Below, piece after piece: positions 1-10,063 of a DNA stretch of 64,000 nucleotides. Below the pieces are notes generated by a model. It worked only from the letters and a program-made list of their open reading frames with translations. It did not search any database and was not told where the DNA came from. The stretch comes from Bacteroidales bacterium (lineage in GTDB: Bacteria > Bacteroidota > Bacteroidia > Bacteroidales > UBA10428). Made by a program: the position numbers and the translations under genes. The stretch is from assembly GCA_035299085.1 (NCBI GenBank), contig DATGXG010000011.1, forward strand, positions 22,640-86,639, read 5' to 3'. Every line of letters starts with the position of its first letter. Positions within the stretch are counted from its first letter, which is position 1.

Positions 1-1
1 T

Positions 2-1246
2 TTCCTCGGATTGTCGGTTATAACCTGGGCCATGTTGCTCATATTCATGGGAGGCGCCGGTAAATCCGCCATGTTCCCGTTGCATATATGGCTGCCCGAT
101 GCCATGGAAGGTCCGACACCTGTGTCTGCCCTCATTCACGCTGCCACCATGGTTGTTGCAGGTGTTTTCCTGGTTGCCCGCATGTTTCCGGTTTATTTTC
201 ATTACACACCCGACAGTCTCACTGTCATAGCGTGGGTCGGGGGTTTTACCTCTCTGTTCGCTGCGGTGATAGCATGTACCCAATTTGATATAAAACGGGT
301 ACTGGCTTATTCCACATTATCACAAATCGGTTATATGATGCTGGCGCTCGGTGTATCCGGCTATGAAGGTGAACACGGTCTGGGTTTCATGGCTTCCATG
401 TTCCATCTTTTCACGCACGCCATGTTTAAAGCCCTGCTTTTCCTTGGCGCCGGTTCGGTTATTCATGCCGTTCACAGCAATGTGATGAAAGACATGGGCG
501 GACTGAGAAAATACATGCCAGTAACCCATATTACCTTTTTAATTGCTTGCCTTGCCATTGCCGGTGTACCGCCATTATCAGGGTTTTTCAGCAAGGATGA
601 GATTCTTGTGGCCGCGTGGGAACACAACCGTTTTCTTTTTGGCATTGAATACCTGGTGGCCGGACTGACAGCCTTCTACATGTTCCGAATCTATTTCGGG
701 ATATTCTGGAATAAAGATCCTCACTATCATCATACACCCCATGAGTCACCGCTTGTGATGACCATTCCGTTGATGTTCCTTGCCGCAGGTTCAATCCTGA
801 CAGGGTTAATTCCTTTCGGGAATTTCGTTTCAGCCGATCATGTTCCTTTTACCTCCCATATCAATTACAGTATTGCTATTCCCTCAGTGTTGGTTGGGGT
901 TGTGGGCATACTGATCGCATGGGTATTCTACAAAAAGGAAAATACAATTCCTGAGAAAATTTCTGAAGGCCTGGGTGCCTTTTACAGGACTGTTTACAAC
1001 AAGTTTTATATCGACGAGATATACCTGTTTGTTACCAAGAAAATCCTTTTCAACTTCGTTTCACGGCCGGTTGCATGGTTTGACAGGCATATCGTGGACG
1101 GTGCCATGAACGGAATTGCATGGGTTGTATCGACTTCATCTGAAAAAATCAAGGGAATGCAGTCGGGTCAGCTTCAGACCTATGCCCTGGGCTTTGTATC
1201 GGGCGCTATCATTTTAATTCTGATTGTATTGTATAATTTATCATAA
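2..1246 (+). CDS. nuoL: NADH-quinone oxidoreductase subunit L (5' truncated by window)
   Basis: GKSAMFPLHIWLPDAMEGPTPVSALIHAATMV and DIKRVLAYSTLSQ motifs; frame open from base 2; upstream of nuoM/N. Confidence 0.97.
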   Translation, partial: FLGLSVITWAMLLIFMGGAGKSAMFPLHIWLPDAMEGPTPVSALIHAATMVVAGVFLVARMFPVYFHYTPDSLTVIAWVGGFTSLFAAVIACTQFDIKRVLAYSTLSQIGYMMLALGVSGYEGEHGLGFMASMFHLFTHAMFKALLFLGAGSVIHAVHSNVMKDMGGLRKYMPVTHITFLIACLAIAGVPPLSGFFSKDEILVAAWEHNRFLFGIEYLVAGLTAFYMFRIYFGIFWNKDPHYHHTPHESPLVMTIPLMFLAAGSILTGLIPFGNFVSADHVPFTSHINYSIAIPSVLVGVVGILIAWVFYKKENTIPEKISEGLGAFYRTVYNKFYIDEIYLFVTKKILFNFVSRPVAWFDRHIVDGAMNGIAWVVSTSSEKIKGMQSGQLQTYALGFVSGAIILILIVLYNLS

Positions 1247-1261
1247 AAGATATCCTGGTTT

Positions 1262-2776
1262 ATGAGCTTTTTATGGTGTTTCATACTGATTCCTGTCCTC
1301 ACTATCACAGGCATCCTGTTTACCAAGGACGGTAAATCAGCCCGGGTGGTTTCAGCAGCCGGAATGTTTGTACAGCTTGTGTGTGCTTTCGCGCTGCTTG
1401 CCATGTATTATGCGCAACGAAACGGCGGAAATACAGCAGAGATTATTTTCCTTACCGACCATATGTGGTTTCCCTCGCTGAATATTCATTTCACCACAGG
1501 CGTCGATGGCATTGCGGTTTCAATGATCATGCTTACCTCGGTGGTTGTATTTGCAGGAATCTTTGCCTCATGGGAAATGCAGGACCTGGCCAGGGAATTC
1601 TTCATTTCGCTGATTACTCTGGCAACCGGTGTTTTCGGATTCTTTATTTCGGTTGACCTCTTTACCATGTTCCTGTTCTATGAGGTAGCCGTTATACCGA
1701 TGTACCTGCTGATTGGTATCTGGGGAAGTGGTCCGAAGGAATATTCAGCCATGAAACTTACCCTTATGCTTATGGGCGGTTCCGCTTTGCTGATGGTGGG
1801 ACTGTTTGGAATCTATTACAATTCAACGCTTCCGAACGGAATGCACACATTCAATATTATTGAAATTGCCGGCCTGCAGCTGCCCGTCGCTGTACAGAAG
1901 TATTTCTTCCCGTTTACATTTGTGGGTTTCGGAGTGCTGGGTGCCTTATTCCCCCTACACACATGGTCGCCTGACGGTCATGCATCAGCTCCCACAGCAG
2001 TTTCAATGCTTCATGCCGGGGTGCTGATGAAACTCGGAGGATATGGTTGCTTCAGGGTTGCCATGTATCTTATGCCCGCCGCAGCCAATCAAATGGCCTG
2101 GATATTCATCATCCTCACCACAGTAAGCGTGGTTTACGGTGCCTTTGGAGCTATCTGGCAGAAAGACCTTAAATACATCAATGCGTATTCTTCAGTGAGC
2201 CATTGCGGAATGGTAATCTTTGCACTGCTGATGATGAACAAGACATCCATGAACGGAGCAGTTATCCAGATGATATCCCATGGTTTGATGACGGCCCTTT
2301 TCTTTGCCCTGATCGGCATGATCTACGGTCGCACTCACACCCGGAATATCAATGAAATGGGTGGTTTGATGAAGGTGATACCTTTTATATCGGTTGCCTA
2401 TGTGATCGCCGGATTGGCATCACTCGGTTTGCCGGGCCTTTCAGGCTTTGTTGCCGAAATGACAATATTTACGGGAGCTTTCCAGCACACCGATGTATTC
2501 CACAGGGTAGCCACCATACTGGCCACCAGTTCAATTGTGATCACAGCGGTATACATTCTCAGGGTTGTGGGCATATTGCTGCTGGGGCCGATTAAAGACG
2601 ATCATTTTGTTCATCTTGGCGATGCCCGCTGGTACGAAAGGCTGAGTGCCGGAACTCTTATTGTGGCTATTGCCGCTATAGGAATTGCGCCCTTATGGCT
2701 GTCGAACCTGATCAACAGCGGCCTGGCACCTTATGTAGCCCGGCTGACAGGAGCAATTGCAGGGATTAATTATTAA
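1262..2776 (+). CDS. nuoM: NADH-quinone oxidoreductase subunit M
   Basis: FPLHTWSPDGHASAPT, LMKLGGYG, AYSSVSH motifs; operon order L-M-N. Confidence 0.97.
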   Translation: MSFLWCFILIPVLTITGILFTKDGKSARVVSAAGMFVQLVCAFALLAMYYAQRNGGNTAEIIFLTDHMWFPSLNIHFTTGVDGIAVSMIMLTSVVVFAGIFASWEMQDLAREFFISLITLATGVFGFFISVDLFTMFLFYEVAVIPMYLLIGIWGSGPKEYSAMKLTLMLMGGSALLMVGLFGIYYNSTLPNGMHTFNIIEIAGLQLPVAVQKYFFPFTFVGFGVLGALFPLHTWSPDGHASAPTAVSMLHAGVLMKLGGYGCFRVAMYLMPAAANQMAWIFIILTTVSVVYGAFGAIWQKDLKYINAYSSVSHCGMVIFALLMMNKTSMNGAVIQMISHGLMTALFFALIGMIYGRTHTRNINEMGGLMKVIPFISVAYVIAGLASLGLPGLSGFVAEMTIFTGAFQHTDVFHRVATILATSSIVITAVYILRVVGILLLGPIKDDHFVHLGDARWYERLSAGTLIVAIAAIGIAPLWLSNLINSGLAPYVARLTGAIAGINY

Positions 2777-2790
2777 CGGAGGTAAGGAAA

Positions 2791-4212
2791 ATGAATTTTG
2801 CCGATTTATTCATGATGCGTCAGGAACTTTTGCTGATCCTGCTCACATTGTTTGTGGTAGTAGCCGACCTTGCCACAGTAAATGAAAGAAAACACAGGGT
2901 CATTAATATGACTCTTGTATTATTCGGGTTGTTCACTATTGCCGGTTTCCTTCCTACCACATCCGGAAACCTGTTCGGGGGTATGTATAATTCAACTCCA
3001 CTGACAACCGGGATGAAGAATGTACTCAATATCGCCATGCTTATTGTCATGCTGCAATCCGTTACCTGGCTCGTTAAACCTGAAAATATTACTAAAGCAA
3101 CCGAATATTTCATCCTGTTGTTCTCCACACTGATCGGGATGGATTATATGATCTCATCCGGTGATTTCCTGATGTTCTATATCGGTCTTGAACTGGCCAC
3201 TATTCCGGCCACTGTTCTTGCCGCCTATGATAAAACAAGCAACAAAAGCGCCGAAGCAGGTATTAAATTCATTTTCTCGTCGGCACTATCATCGGGATTT
3301 CTGCTCCTTGGCTTATCATTCATATACGGAACCACAGGATCGATTTATTTCGAAGATATAGTTCAGTCATTCGGAAACAGCACATTGCAGTTACTCGGGT
3401 TTATTTTCTTCCTTTCAGGCATGGGATTCAAAATTTCACTGGTTCCTTTTCATTTCTGGGCCGCCGATGTGTATGAAGGTTCTCCTGTGAATATAACTGC
3501 CTTCCTTTCTGTAATTTCAAAAGGTGCTGCGGTATTTATTCTCACTATTCTGCTTTATAAGGTCTTTCATGCCTTACAGGCCACATGGGAAACATTGTTG
3601 TATGTGCTGGCCGTTGCTACAATGACCATTGCGAACCTTTTTGCCATAAGGCAGGATAACCTGAAACGATTCATGGCCTTTTCATCCATTGCACAGGCCG
3701 GTTTCATCCTGCTCGGAATCATGGGTGCCAGCCAGACGGGTATGACAACAGTTGTTTATTTTGTTCTGATTTATGTTTTCACCAACCTGGCCGCATTCGG
3801 GGTGATTTCTTCCATATCGCATCACACCGGTAATGAGACCATCACTTCATATAACGGCCTTTACCGCACCAACCCGATGCTCAGCCTCACCATGATGATG
3901 GCGCTTTTTTCACTGGCCGGAATTCCTCCTGTAGCCGGCTTCTTTGGCAAGTTCTTTCTTTTCACAGCGGTGGCAAGCCAGGGGTATTATATTCTCATCC
4001 TTATTGCGGTTCTGAACGCAACAGTTTCATTGTATTATTACCTGCGGGTTATCAAGGCGATGTTTATTGATAAGAACGACACGCCTATTGCCTGGTTCAG
4101 GAGTGATAATTACACCCGCATCAGCCTAATCTTCTGCGTTACCGGCGTATTCGTCATCGGTTTTCTGGGGTTTGTTTATGAATACCTGTATAGCCTGGCG
4201 GGAAGTTTGTAG
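2791..4212 (+). CDS. nuoN: NADH-quinone oxidoreductase subunit N
   Basis: FKISLVPFHFWAADVYEG, KRFMAFSSIAQ, GIPPVAGFFGK motifs. Confidence 0.97.
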   Translation: MNFADLFMMRQELLLILLTLFVVVADLATVNERKHRVINMTLVLFGLFTIAGFLPTTSGNLFGGMYNSTPLTTGMKNVLNIAMLIVMLQSVTWLVKPENITKATEYFILLFSTLIGMDYMISSGDFLMFYIGLELATIPATVLAAYDKTSNKSAEAGIKFIFSSALSSGFLLLGLSFIYGTTGSIYFEDIVQSFGNSTLQLLGFIFFLSGMGFKISLVPFHFWAADVYEGSPVNITAFLSVISKGAAVFILTILLYKVFHALQATWETLLYVLAVATMTIANLFAIRQDNLKRFMAFSSIAQAGFILLGIMGASQTGMTTVVYFVLIYVFTNLAAFGVISSISHHTGNETITSYNGLYRTNPMLSLTMMMALFSLAGIPPVAGFFGKFFLFTAVASQGYYILILIAVLNATVSLYYYLRVIKAMFIDKNDTPIAWFRSDNYTRISLIFCVTGVFVIGFLGFVYEYLYSLAGSL

Positions 4213-4263
4213 TCCGTTGGCTGTTAGTTATTAAGTAAAAAGGTATTAAGGCGTAAGAGATTT

Positions 4264-4323
4264 TTCTTAAATCGTAAATCGGTGTTCGATGTTCGGTGTT
4301 TTTGTTTGATATTTGACGTTTCA
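4264..4323 (+). repeat. Dispersed 37-nt motif copy 1 (TTCTTAAATCGTAAATCGGTGTTCGATGTTCGGTGTT) followed by TTTGAyr heptamers
   Basis: Near-identical copies at 29610-29645 (+) and 54872-54908 (-). Confidence 0.8.
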
Positions 4324-4397
4324 GGCAAATAGTTAAAAACCTGTTAATGTTAAAACTGATGATGCTTTCATTTGTTTCCCTCAACAAAACATAACAA

Positions 4398-4979
4398 ATG
4401 AAAACAACAACAATCGTACTGATTTTCGCCCTTTCAATCCTGTCTTTTTCTTTCAAAAAGGCCGCAGATTCTACATGGACACTTGATAAAAGCCATGCAA
4501 AACTTGGTTTTACGGTAACTCACCTGATGGTATCGGATGTTGAAGGTTTCTTCAAAAAATTCGATGCAAAAATTACCTCTGCCGGTGACGATTTTTCGAA
4601 CGCCACCGTGGAAATGACCGCCGATGCCACAAGCATTGATACCGGGAATGAAATGCGTGACAACGACCTTAAAAGTGATAAATACTTTGACGTTGCCAAA
4701 TTCCCTACTGTCACTTTCAAAAGTACTGCATTCAAAAAAGTTGATGCCACCCATTATAAAGTTACTGGCAATCTGACAATCAAGGGTGTAACAAAACCGG
4801 TTGAACTCGATGTGCTTGCCCGTACCGGTGTGCATCCGATGAATAAGAAGAATATTGCCGGTTTCAGAATCTCAGGAAAAATAAACCGGAAGGATTTCGG
4901 AGTTGGAAATGACGCGCCTGAAGCCATTGTAAGCAATGAAATCCAGCTTACAGCCAACGCTGAGTTTTCAAAGGATTAA
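4398..4979 (+). CDS. YceI family (polyisoprenoid-binding) secreted protein
   Basis: Signal peptide; W.LD..H..LGFTVTHLMVS, SIDTGNEMRDNDL, GNLTIKGVTK, INRKDFGV. Confidence 0.93.
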   Translation: MKTTTIVLIFALSILSFSFKKAADSTWTLDKSHAKLGFTVTHLMVSDVEGFFKKFDAKITSAGDDFSNATVEMTADATSIDTGNEMRDNDLKSDKYFDVAKFPTVTFKSTAFKKVDATHYKVTGNLTIKGVTKPVELDVLARTGVHPMNKKNIAGFRISGKINRKDFGVGNDAPEAIVSNEIQLTANAEFSKD

Positions 4980-5728
4980 CCGATTTTTGTGAGGAAAAAA
5001 GCGGTTATGAACCCCACAACTGTGATCAAACCGGCAAAGTTGTGGGTGTTCTCGTATGCCTCTGGTATCATGGTATCCACTATCATGGCAAGAATGGCAC
5101 CCGCAGCCAGGGCGGTCGAGAATGCAATAACATCCGGTGAGAACCCACTGAACAGTGTAAATCCGGCCAGGGAAGCTAAACCTGAAATCAATGCAATACT
5201 TCCCCATACACCGAAGATGTAAAGTGCCGAACGGCCTGCCTTTTTCATTCCTGCAGCACTCGACAATCCTTCTGGCAGATTCGACATAAAAATAGCTATT
5301 ACCGCAACGGTACTGACATTGCCACCTTTCAGCATGGTGAGTCCGATAACAATGGATTCGGGAATGCCATCAATGAGCGCACCTACGGCCAGGGCGAGCC
5401 CTTTGTCGTCTTCCCCGTCGGCTTTAGGTTGCTGATGACCCGAGCGTTTCCTGTGTTTCGCGCCTTTTAGCGAAAGCAGGTAGTTTATGCCGGTATAAAT
5501 CAAGGCCCCTGAAATGAAGCCGATGGCGGAAGAATCAATTCCTCCTCTCTTGAAAGCTTCATCCATCAGGTCGAACGAGAGCGCGGAAATTAATACTCCG
5601 CTTCCGAAAGCCATTACCGATGCGATGACCCTGTAATGAATTTTAAAGTAAAAACCGGTAAAAGCGCCGATCATCAGGGCACTTCCTGCCACCAGTCCCC
5701 ATAATCCTGCCTGCAGATACAACGGCAT
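4976..5728 (-). CDS. ZIP family metal (zinc) transporter
   Basis: MAFGSGVLISA, LIDGIPES, SNLPEGLSS motifs; multiple TM helices. Confidence 0.9.
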   Translation of the reverse strand: MPLYLQAGLWGLVAGSALMIGAFTGFYFKIHYRVIASVMAFGSGVLISALSFDLMDEAFKRGGIDSSAIGFISGALIYTGINYLLSLKGAKHRKRSGHQQPKADGEDDKGLALAVGALIDGIPESIVIGLTMLKGGNVSTVAVIAIFMSNLPEGLSSAAGMKKAGRSALYIFGVWGSIALISGLASLAGFTLFSGFSPDVIAFSTALAAGAILAMIVDTMIPEAYENTHNFAGLITVVGFITAFFLTKIG

Positions 5729-5734
5729 GTTAAA

Positions 5735-5943
5735 TGTTTATTGTTTGATGTTTGAGGCTTGACGTTCTGTCAGATAAAGGTAGTTCAAAAACCAAAAACA
5801 AACTGGCTTGTTTTTTATTTGTAATTTTGAAACAAAAAACCTAAAACTAAAAACCTCAAACTAAAACTAAAAACCTCAAACCTCAAATCTCAAACCTCAA
5901 ACCTCAAACCTTAAACCCAAAACCTCAAACATCAAACCTTAAA
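5735..5943. repeat. AAACCTC-type heptamer tandem array (5837-5943) with short inverted arm (5735-5766)
   Basis: About 15 degenerate AAACCTC/AAACATC units run into the cbpA ATG; TTTGATG TTTGAGG complement lies before the ZIP start. Confidence 0.9.
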
Positions 5944-6857
5944 TGGAGTTCATCGATTATTACAAAGTACTGGGGGTTGCCAAAAATGCTTCAGAAAAGG
6001 ATATAAAGGCCGCTTACAGGAAGCTTGCCCGCAAATATCATCCTGACCTGAATCCAAACGATAAAGATGCCAAGAGAAAGTTCCAGGAAATCAATGAGGC
6101 CAACGAGGTACTCAGTGATCCTGAGAAGAGGAAGAAATATGACCAGTACGGAAAGGACTGGCAGCATGCAGAGGAATTTGAGAAAGCACGAAACCGGCAG
6201 CAACAGCAGTACCAGAGACAGGGAACATACAGTGGAAATGCGGATTCCGGTTCGTTTGAAACCGAATTCGGAGAGGGAGGTTTTTCCGACTTTTTCGAAT
6301 ATATGTTCGGCGGAAGAGGCCGTTCAGGACGGCAAAGAAGAAGCGCGGGTTTCAGGGGAGAGGATTACACTGCAGAATTGCATCTTGACCTGATTGACGC
6401 GTATTCTACTCACAAAAGAACGCTGACAGTCAATGGCAGGAACATAAGGATCACAATCCCGGCGGGTATTGAAAATGAACAGACTATTAAAATACCGGGA
6501 CATGGCGGACCCGGTGTTAACGGTGGCCCCAACGGGGATTTATATATAACGTTTCATATAGCCAATCATCCATCCTTCCGAAGATCGGGGAACGACCTCT
6601 ATGCCACTGTTGAAATTGATCTCTACACCGCGGTCCTGGGTGGCGAGATTACAATTGATACTCTAACCGGCAAAGTGAAATTAATGGTAAAGCCTGAAAC
6701 GCAGAACGGCACAAAAATAAAGCTTAAAGGAAAAGGATTCCCCGTTTATAAACATGAGGGTGAATTCGGCGATCTCTATGTTACCTATAAGGTCAAACTA
6801 CCGACCAACTTAAGTGAAAAGCAGAAAAAACTGTTCGCCGAATTGGCAAAGTCGTAA
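5943..6857 (+). CDS. cbpA: DnaJ-class chaperone, CbpA type
   Basis: J domain with HPD, G/F region, DnaJ C-terminal domain, no Zn finger; followed by CbpM-like gene. Confidence 0.88.
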   Translation: MEFIDYYKVLGVAKNASEKDIKAAYRKLARKYHPDLNPNDKDAKRKFQEINEANEVLSDPEKRKKYDQYGKDWQHAEEFEKARNRQQQQYQRQGTYSGNADSGSFETEFGEGGFSDFFEYMFGGRGRSGRQRRSAGFRGEDYTAELHLDLIDAYSTHKRTLTVNGRNIRITIPAGIENEQTIKIPGHGGPGVNGGPNGDLYITFHIANHPSFRRSGNDLYATVEIDLYTAVLGGEITIDTLTGKVKLMVKPETQNGTKIKLKGKGFPVYKHEGEFGDLYVTYKVKLPTNLSEKQKKLFAELAKS

Positions 6858-6867
6858 AAACTGAAGT

Positions 6868-7170
6868 ATGGAAACAACTTACCTGATCGCCATTTCTGAA
6901 CTTTGCTCAAGTCATAATATTGAGCTGTCGTTTATTGATCTTTTGCAGGAATACGGACTGGTTGAATTCACCTGGGAGGAGAACAACCGCTTTATCCAGG
7001 CAGAGCAGCTTGAAACAATTGAGAAATACATACACCTGCATTACGACCTGGATATTAATATGGAAGGAATTGAAACGATTGATCACCTTCTCAATCGGAT
7101 AACGGCGCTTCAACATGAAATCACATCGCTGAAAAACAGGCTGCGACTATATGAAGGAGAGGTGGAATAG
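6868..7170 (+). CDS. cbpM: Chaperone modulator CbpM (MerR-like HTH)
   Basis: 100 aa, LHYDLDINMEGIE motif, adjacent to cbpA. Confidence 0.88.
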   Translation: METTYLIAISELCSSHNIELSFIDLLQEYGLVEFTWEENNRFIQAEQLETIEKYIHLHYDLDINMEGIETIDHLLNRITALQHEITSLKNRLRLYEGEVE

Positions 7171-7517
7171 ATATAAAAAGAGGCTACCCGAAAAAGTTAA
7201 AATGTCGCCATAGCTTTCACTATTTTCGATTCTAACTTTATCAGACAGCCTCAAACAATCTGCATTCACTGTTTTCCTTTCGTCAGCATTACCTGATTCA
7301 AGTTTTGAGGATACTTTCTCAGATTTCCCTTTGGAAAACACTCCTTTCAGTGTATATCAGATTACCTTTTTAAGATCAATGAATATGCCATATTCAAATA
7401 GCCTGATAATCAGTAAAACAAAATTTAGTCATGGGAATTCTTTTTCACAGAAGTGGAAAAGATTACTCAGCACCAAAATCAAACGCACATTGTTATTTAT
7501 TTAAACCGTATTCTGAA

Positions 7518-7889
7518 ATGAAAAAACAAATAAAAAGTAAACAGTCAGAAGATCCTAACAGGCCTGATTACAAAGGAAAGAAAAAACACGAAGATGAAGC
7601 GGACCTTGAAGGTTATCCTGAATATCCCGCGGATGAAGATATTTATAAAAAGTACAGGCATGAAAGTGAAATAAATCCTGAAGAGCCTGCCAGACCAAAG
7701 ATCTTCAATACACAGGATGATACCGGAGAAGCTGATAATGCTGAGCTGTCAGGCAAAGACCTGGATATTCCGGGCGCTGAGCTTGATGATGAACAGGAAG
7801 AAGTAGGGGCTGAAGATGAAGAAAACAATTATTACAGCCTCGGCGGTGAAAATCACGAAGATCTTGAAGAGAATGAGGATGAACAGTAG
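7518..7889 (+). CDS. Highly acidic hypothetical protein
   Basis: Likely start MKKQIK at 7518; D/E-rich; GYPEYPADEDIY and DLDIPGAELDD..EDEENNYYSLGG segments. Confidence 0.7.
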   Translation: MKKQIKSKQSEDPNRPDYKGKKKHEDEADLEGYPEYPADEDIYKKYRHESEINPEEPARPKIFNTQDDTGEADNAELSGKDLDIPGAELDDEQEEVGAEDEENNYYSLGGENHEDLEENEDEQ

Positions 7890-10055
7890 TCAGAAAATGG
7901 CTTCCAGTTTTACATGAACATCTTTATTGAGGAGTGCTATGCTTACACCCTGCGAGGTCCGGTTAAACTGGATGTCGAGTTTCATGTCGAGAAAGGATAG
8001 CCGCCTGATCTGCAGGGTATCAATGAAGTCTGGCAACGACGGCTTATTGAAACGAATTACTTTTTCATATTGATTGATTTCAATTCCAAGCATTGCCTGG
8101 ATGATCATGAAAACCGACCCCACTGACCATGACTGGGGCGAGCAGGCAACCGGGTATGCCGTGGGGGCTTCACCCTTCCTTCGGGGGAAACCGCAAAACA
8201 GCTCTGGCATGCGTTGTCCTTCGATAAAAAGACTGGCGTCAAAAAGTCCTGCGGCTATCTTGTTCACCACATCCTTAAGGCCGTATTTTGAAAATCCATA
8301 AGCAATAAGCGCATTGTCATGCGGCCAGATGGACCCGTTATGATACGACATGGGATTATAGCGGATTTCGTTTGCGCTCAACGTGCGGATTCCCCATCCT
8401 GAGAACATATGTTTCGAAAGAAAGTGTGCACCAATACTCCTGGCCTGTTCACTTGTAGCAATCCCTGAGAAAAGACAATGCCCGGCATTGGAGGCTATGA
8501 CATTGCATGGTCTTTTCTCAGCAGCCAGCGCAAGGTAGAAGATCTTATTTTCTTCCGACCAAAATTTTGCCTGGAAATTCCGGTATAATTCTTCAGCCTT
8601 GTTCTTAAGAGTCAGAGCTTTCTCAGGCATATTTAATAGCCCTGCCATGTATGAAGTATGGTTAAGGGCATCATAAACATAGCCCTGTACTTCGCAAAGT
8701 GCTATTGGTAAAGCTGCGAGCTCACCATTTGAAAAGAAGACTGAATCATGCGAGTCCTTCCATCCCTGGTTGTAGAGTCCGGATTGCTCTTTTCGTGCAT
8801 ATTCCACAAAACCATCTCCATCGATATCTCCATATTTGAAAATCCAGTCGATAGCCAGTTCAATATTGGTCCAGATACTCCTGATGAAATCGAGGTCACC
8901 TGTTCGCAGCAGGTAGTGTCCTGCCAGGACGATAAAAAGAGGCGTGGAATCAATCGACCCGTAATATTTTTTAAAAGGGATTTCGTTCAGGTTAGCCATT
9001 TCACCATTCCGAGCTTCATGCAAAATTTTACCCGGCTCTGCATCCCTGAAACTGTCATGTTCCCTTGCCTGGTTCAGGGCGAGGTACGAAAGCACACCAC
9101 GGGCAATTTCGGGACTGATCCATAAACATTCAAATGCTGTTATAATGGCGTCCCGTCCAAACGGCGCACTGAACCAGGGGATTCCGGCATAAGGATAAGG
9201 ACCTGAACTGGTATCGGTAATCATAGTGATCAGGTCTATTTTTGAACGTTCGATCCAATGATTGAATTGCTCGTTTGATGTGAAGATGTCACAGGTGAGA
9301 TTATTTATGAAATCGAGACGCCTCACAAACTTTTTAATGACAATAGGGTAACTGAATATCTCTTTGTCCGTGTCGCCTTCAATGTTAAACCGGATAGTCA
9401 TGGACCAGTTAAAACGCTGGCCGGGTGCAAGTCTTAAATTGTAAATCACTTTCTTCCCTTCAATCTGGTCAGGATTGGGACTGAATAAAATCTCCGATTT
9501 ACGCGTTTTATTATCCAATCCGGCATACCCCAGTATGATTTGCTTATCTGAAATTTCTGCATCCAGCAGGTTGCCTTTATGGGATCTTTCAGTGCCTCTT
9601 ACTTCAAAAATATCGCTGAAGTCGTTATCGAATTCCAGTGAAACAGAGGTTTCCACGATTTCGAGACCATAATTGACAAATAAAAGTTGTTCATAAAAGG
9701 CATTTTCCCAGAGCACTTTTTTTCGCATTATGTGAATGGTATCCTTCTCAAGCCTGAGTTTGTTGTTCTCCATAATATCAGGATTGGTAAGATCTACTGA
9801 AAACTGCTCGTTGTCTTCCCGGATGTCTGAACTCAGGAATAGGGGTTTCTGGTTTTCTATCTTTAACTGCAGGTTGGATAAAAACCGGGTTCCCTGGTAA
9901 TAAATACCCTGAACGCTTTTGCCCCAGGGCATAATATCTCCGTATTTATTAAAGATGCCGAACGACTCATTGTGTTTCAGGACATACGTTTTTTCTTCAG
10001 TTAACGATGACGTGGCAATTACATAGAACTGATCATCCGGCTTTTTATGTTCCAT
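7890..10055 (-). CDS. Amylo-alpha-1,6-glucosidase / glycogen debranching enzyme family
   Basis: AGIPWFSAPFGRD, EPGKILHE, NQGWKDS, YHNGSIWPHDN motifs. Confidence 0.92.
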   Translation of the reverse strand: MEHKKPDDQFYVIATSSLTEEKTYVLKHNESFGIFNKYGDIMPWGKSVQGIYYQGTRFLSNLQLKIENQKPLFLSSDIREDNEQFSVDLTNPDIMENNKLRLEKDTIHIMRKKVLWENAFYEQLLFVNYGLEIVETSVSLEFDNDFSDIFEVRGTERSHKGNLLDAEISDKQIILGYAGLDNKTRKSEILFSPNPDQIEGKKVIYNLRLAPGQRFNWSMTIRFNIEGDTDKEIFSYPIVIKKFVRRLDFINNLTCDIFTSNEQFNHWIERSKIDLITMITDTSSGPYPYAGIPWFSAPFGRDAIITAFECLWISPEIARGVLSYLALNQAREHDSFRDAEPGKILHEARNGEMANLNEIPFKKYYGSIDSTPLFIVLAGHYLLRTGDLDFIRSIWTNIELAIDWIFKYGDIDGDGFVEYARKEQSGLYNQGWKDSHDSVFFSNGELAALPIALCEVQGYVYDALNHTSYMAGLLNMPEKALTLKNKAEELYRNFQAKFWSEENKIFYLALAAEKRPCNVIASNAGHCLFSGIATSEQARSIGAHFLSKHMFSGWGIRTLSANEIRYNPMSYHNGSIWPHDNALIAYGFSKYGLKDVVNKIAAGLFDASLFIEGQRMPELFCGFPRRKGEAPTAYPVACSPQSWSVGSVFMIIQAMLGIEINQYEKVIRFNKPSLPDFIDTLQIRRLSFLDMKLDIQFNRTSQGVSIALLNKDVHVKLEAIF

Positions 10056-10063
10056 GATCCATG

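Noticed and set aside
7147..7341. 64-aa minus-strand ORF after cbpM
   Set aside because: GTG start, in-frame stop just upstream, no recognisable motif; unsupported
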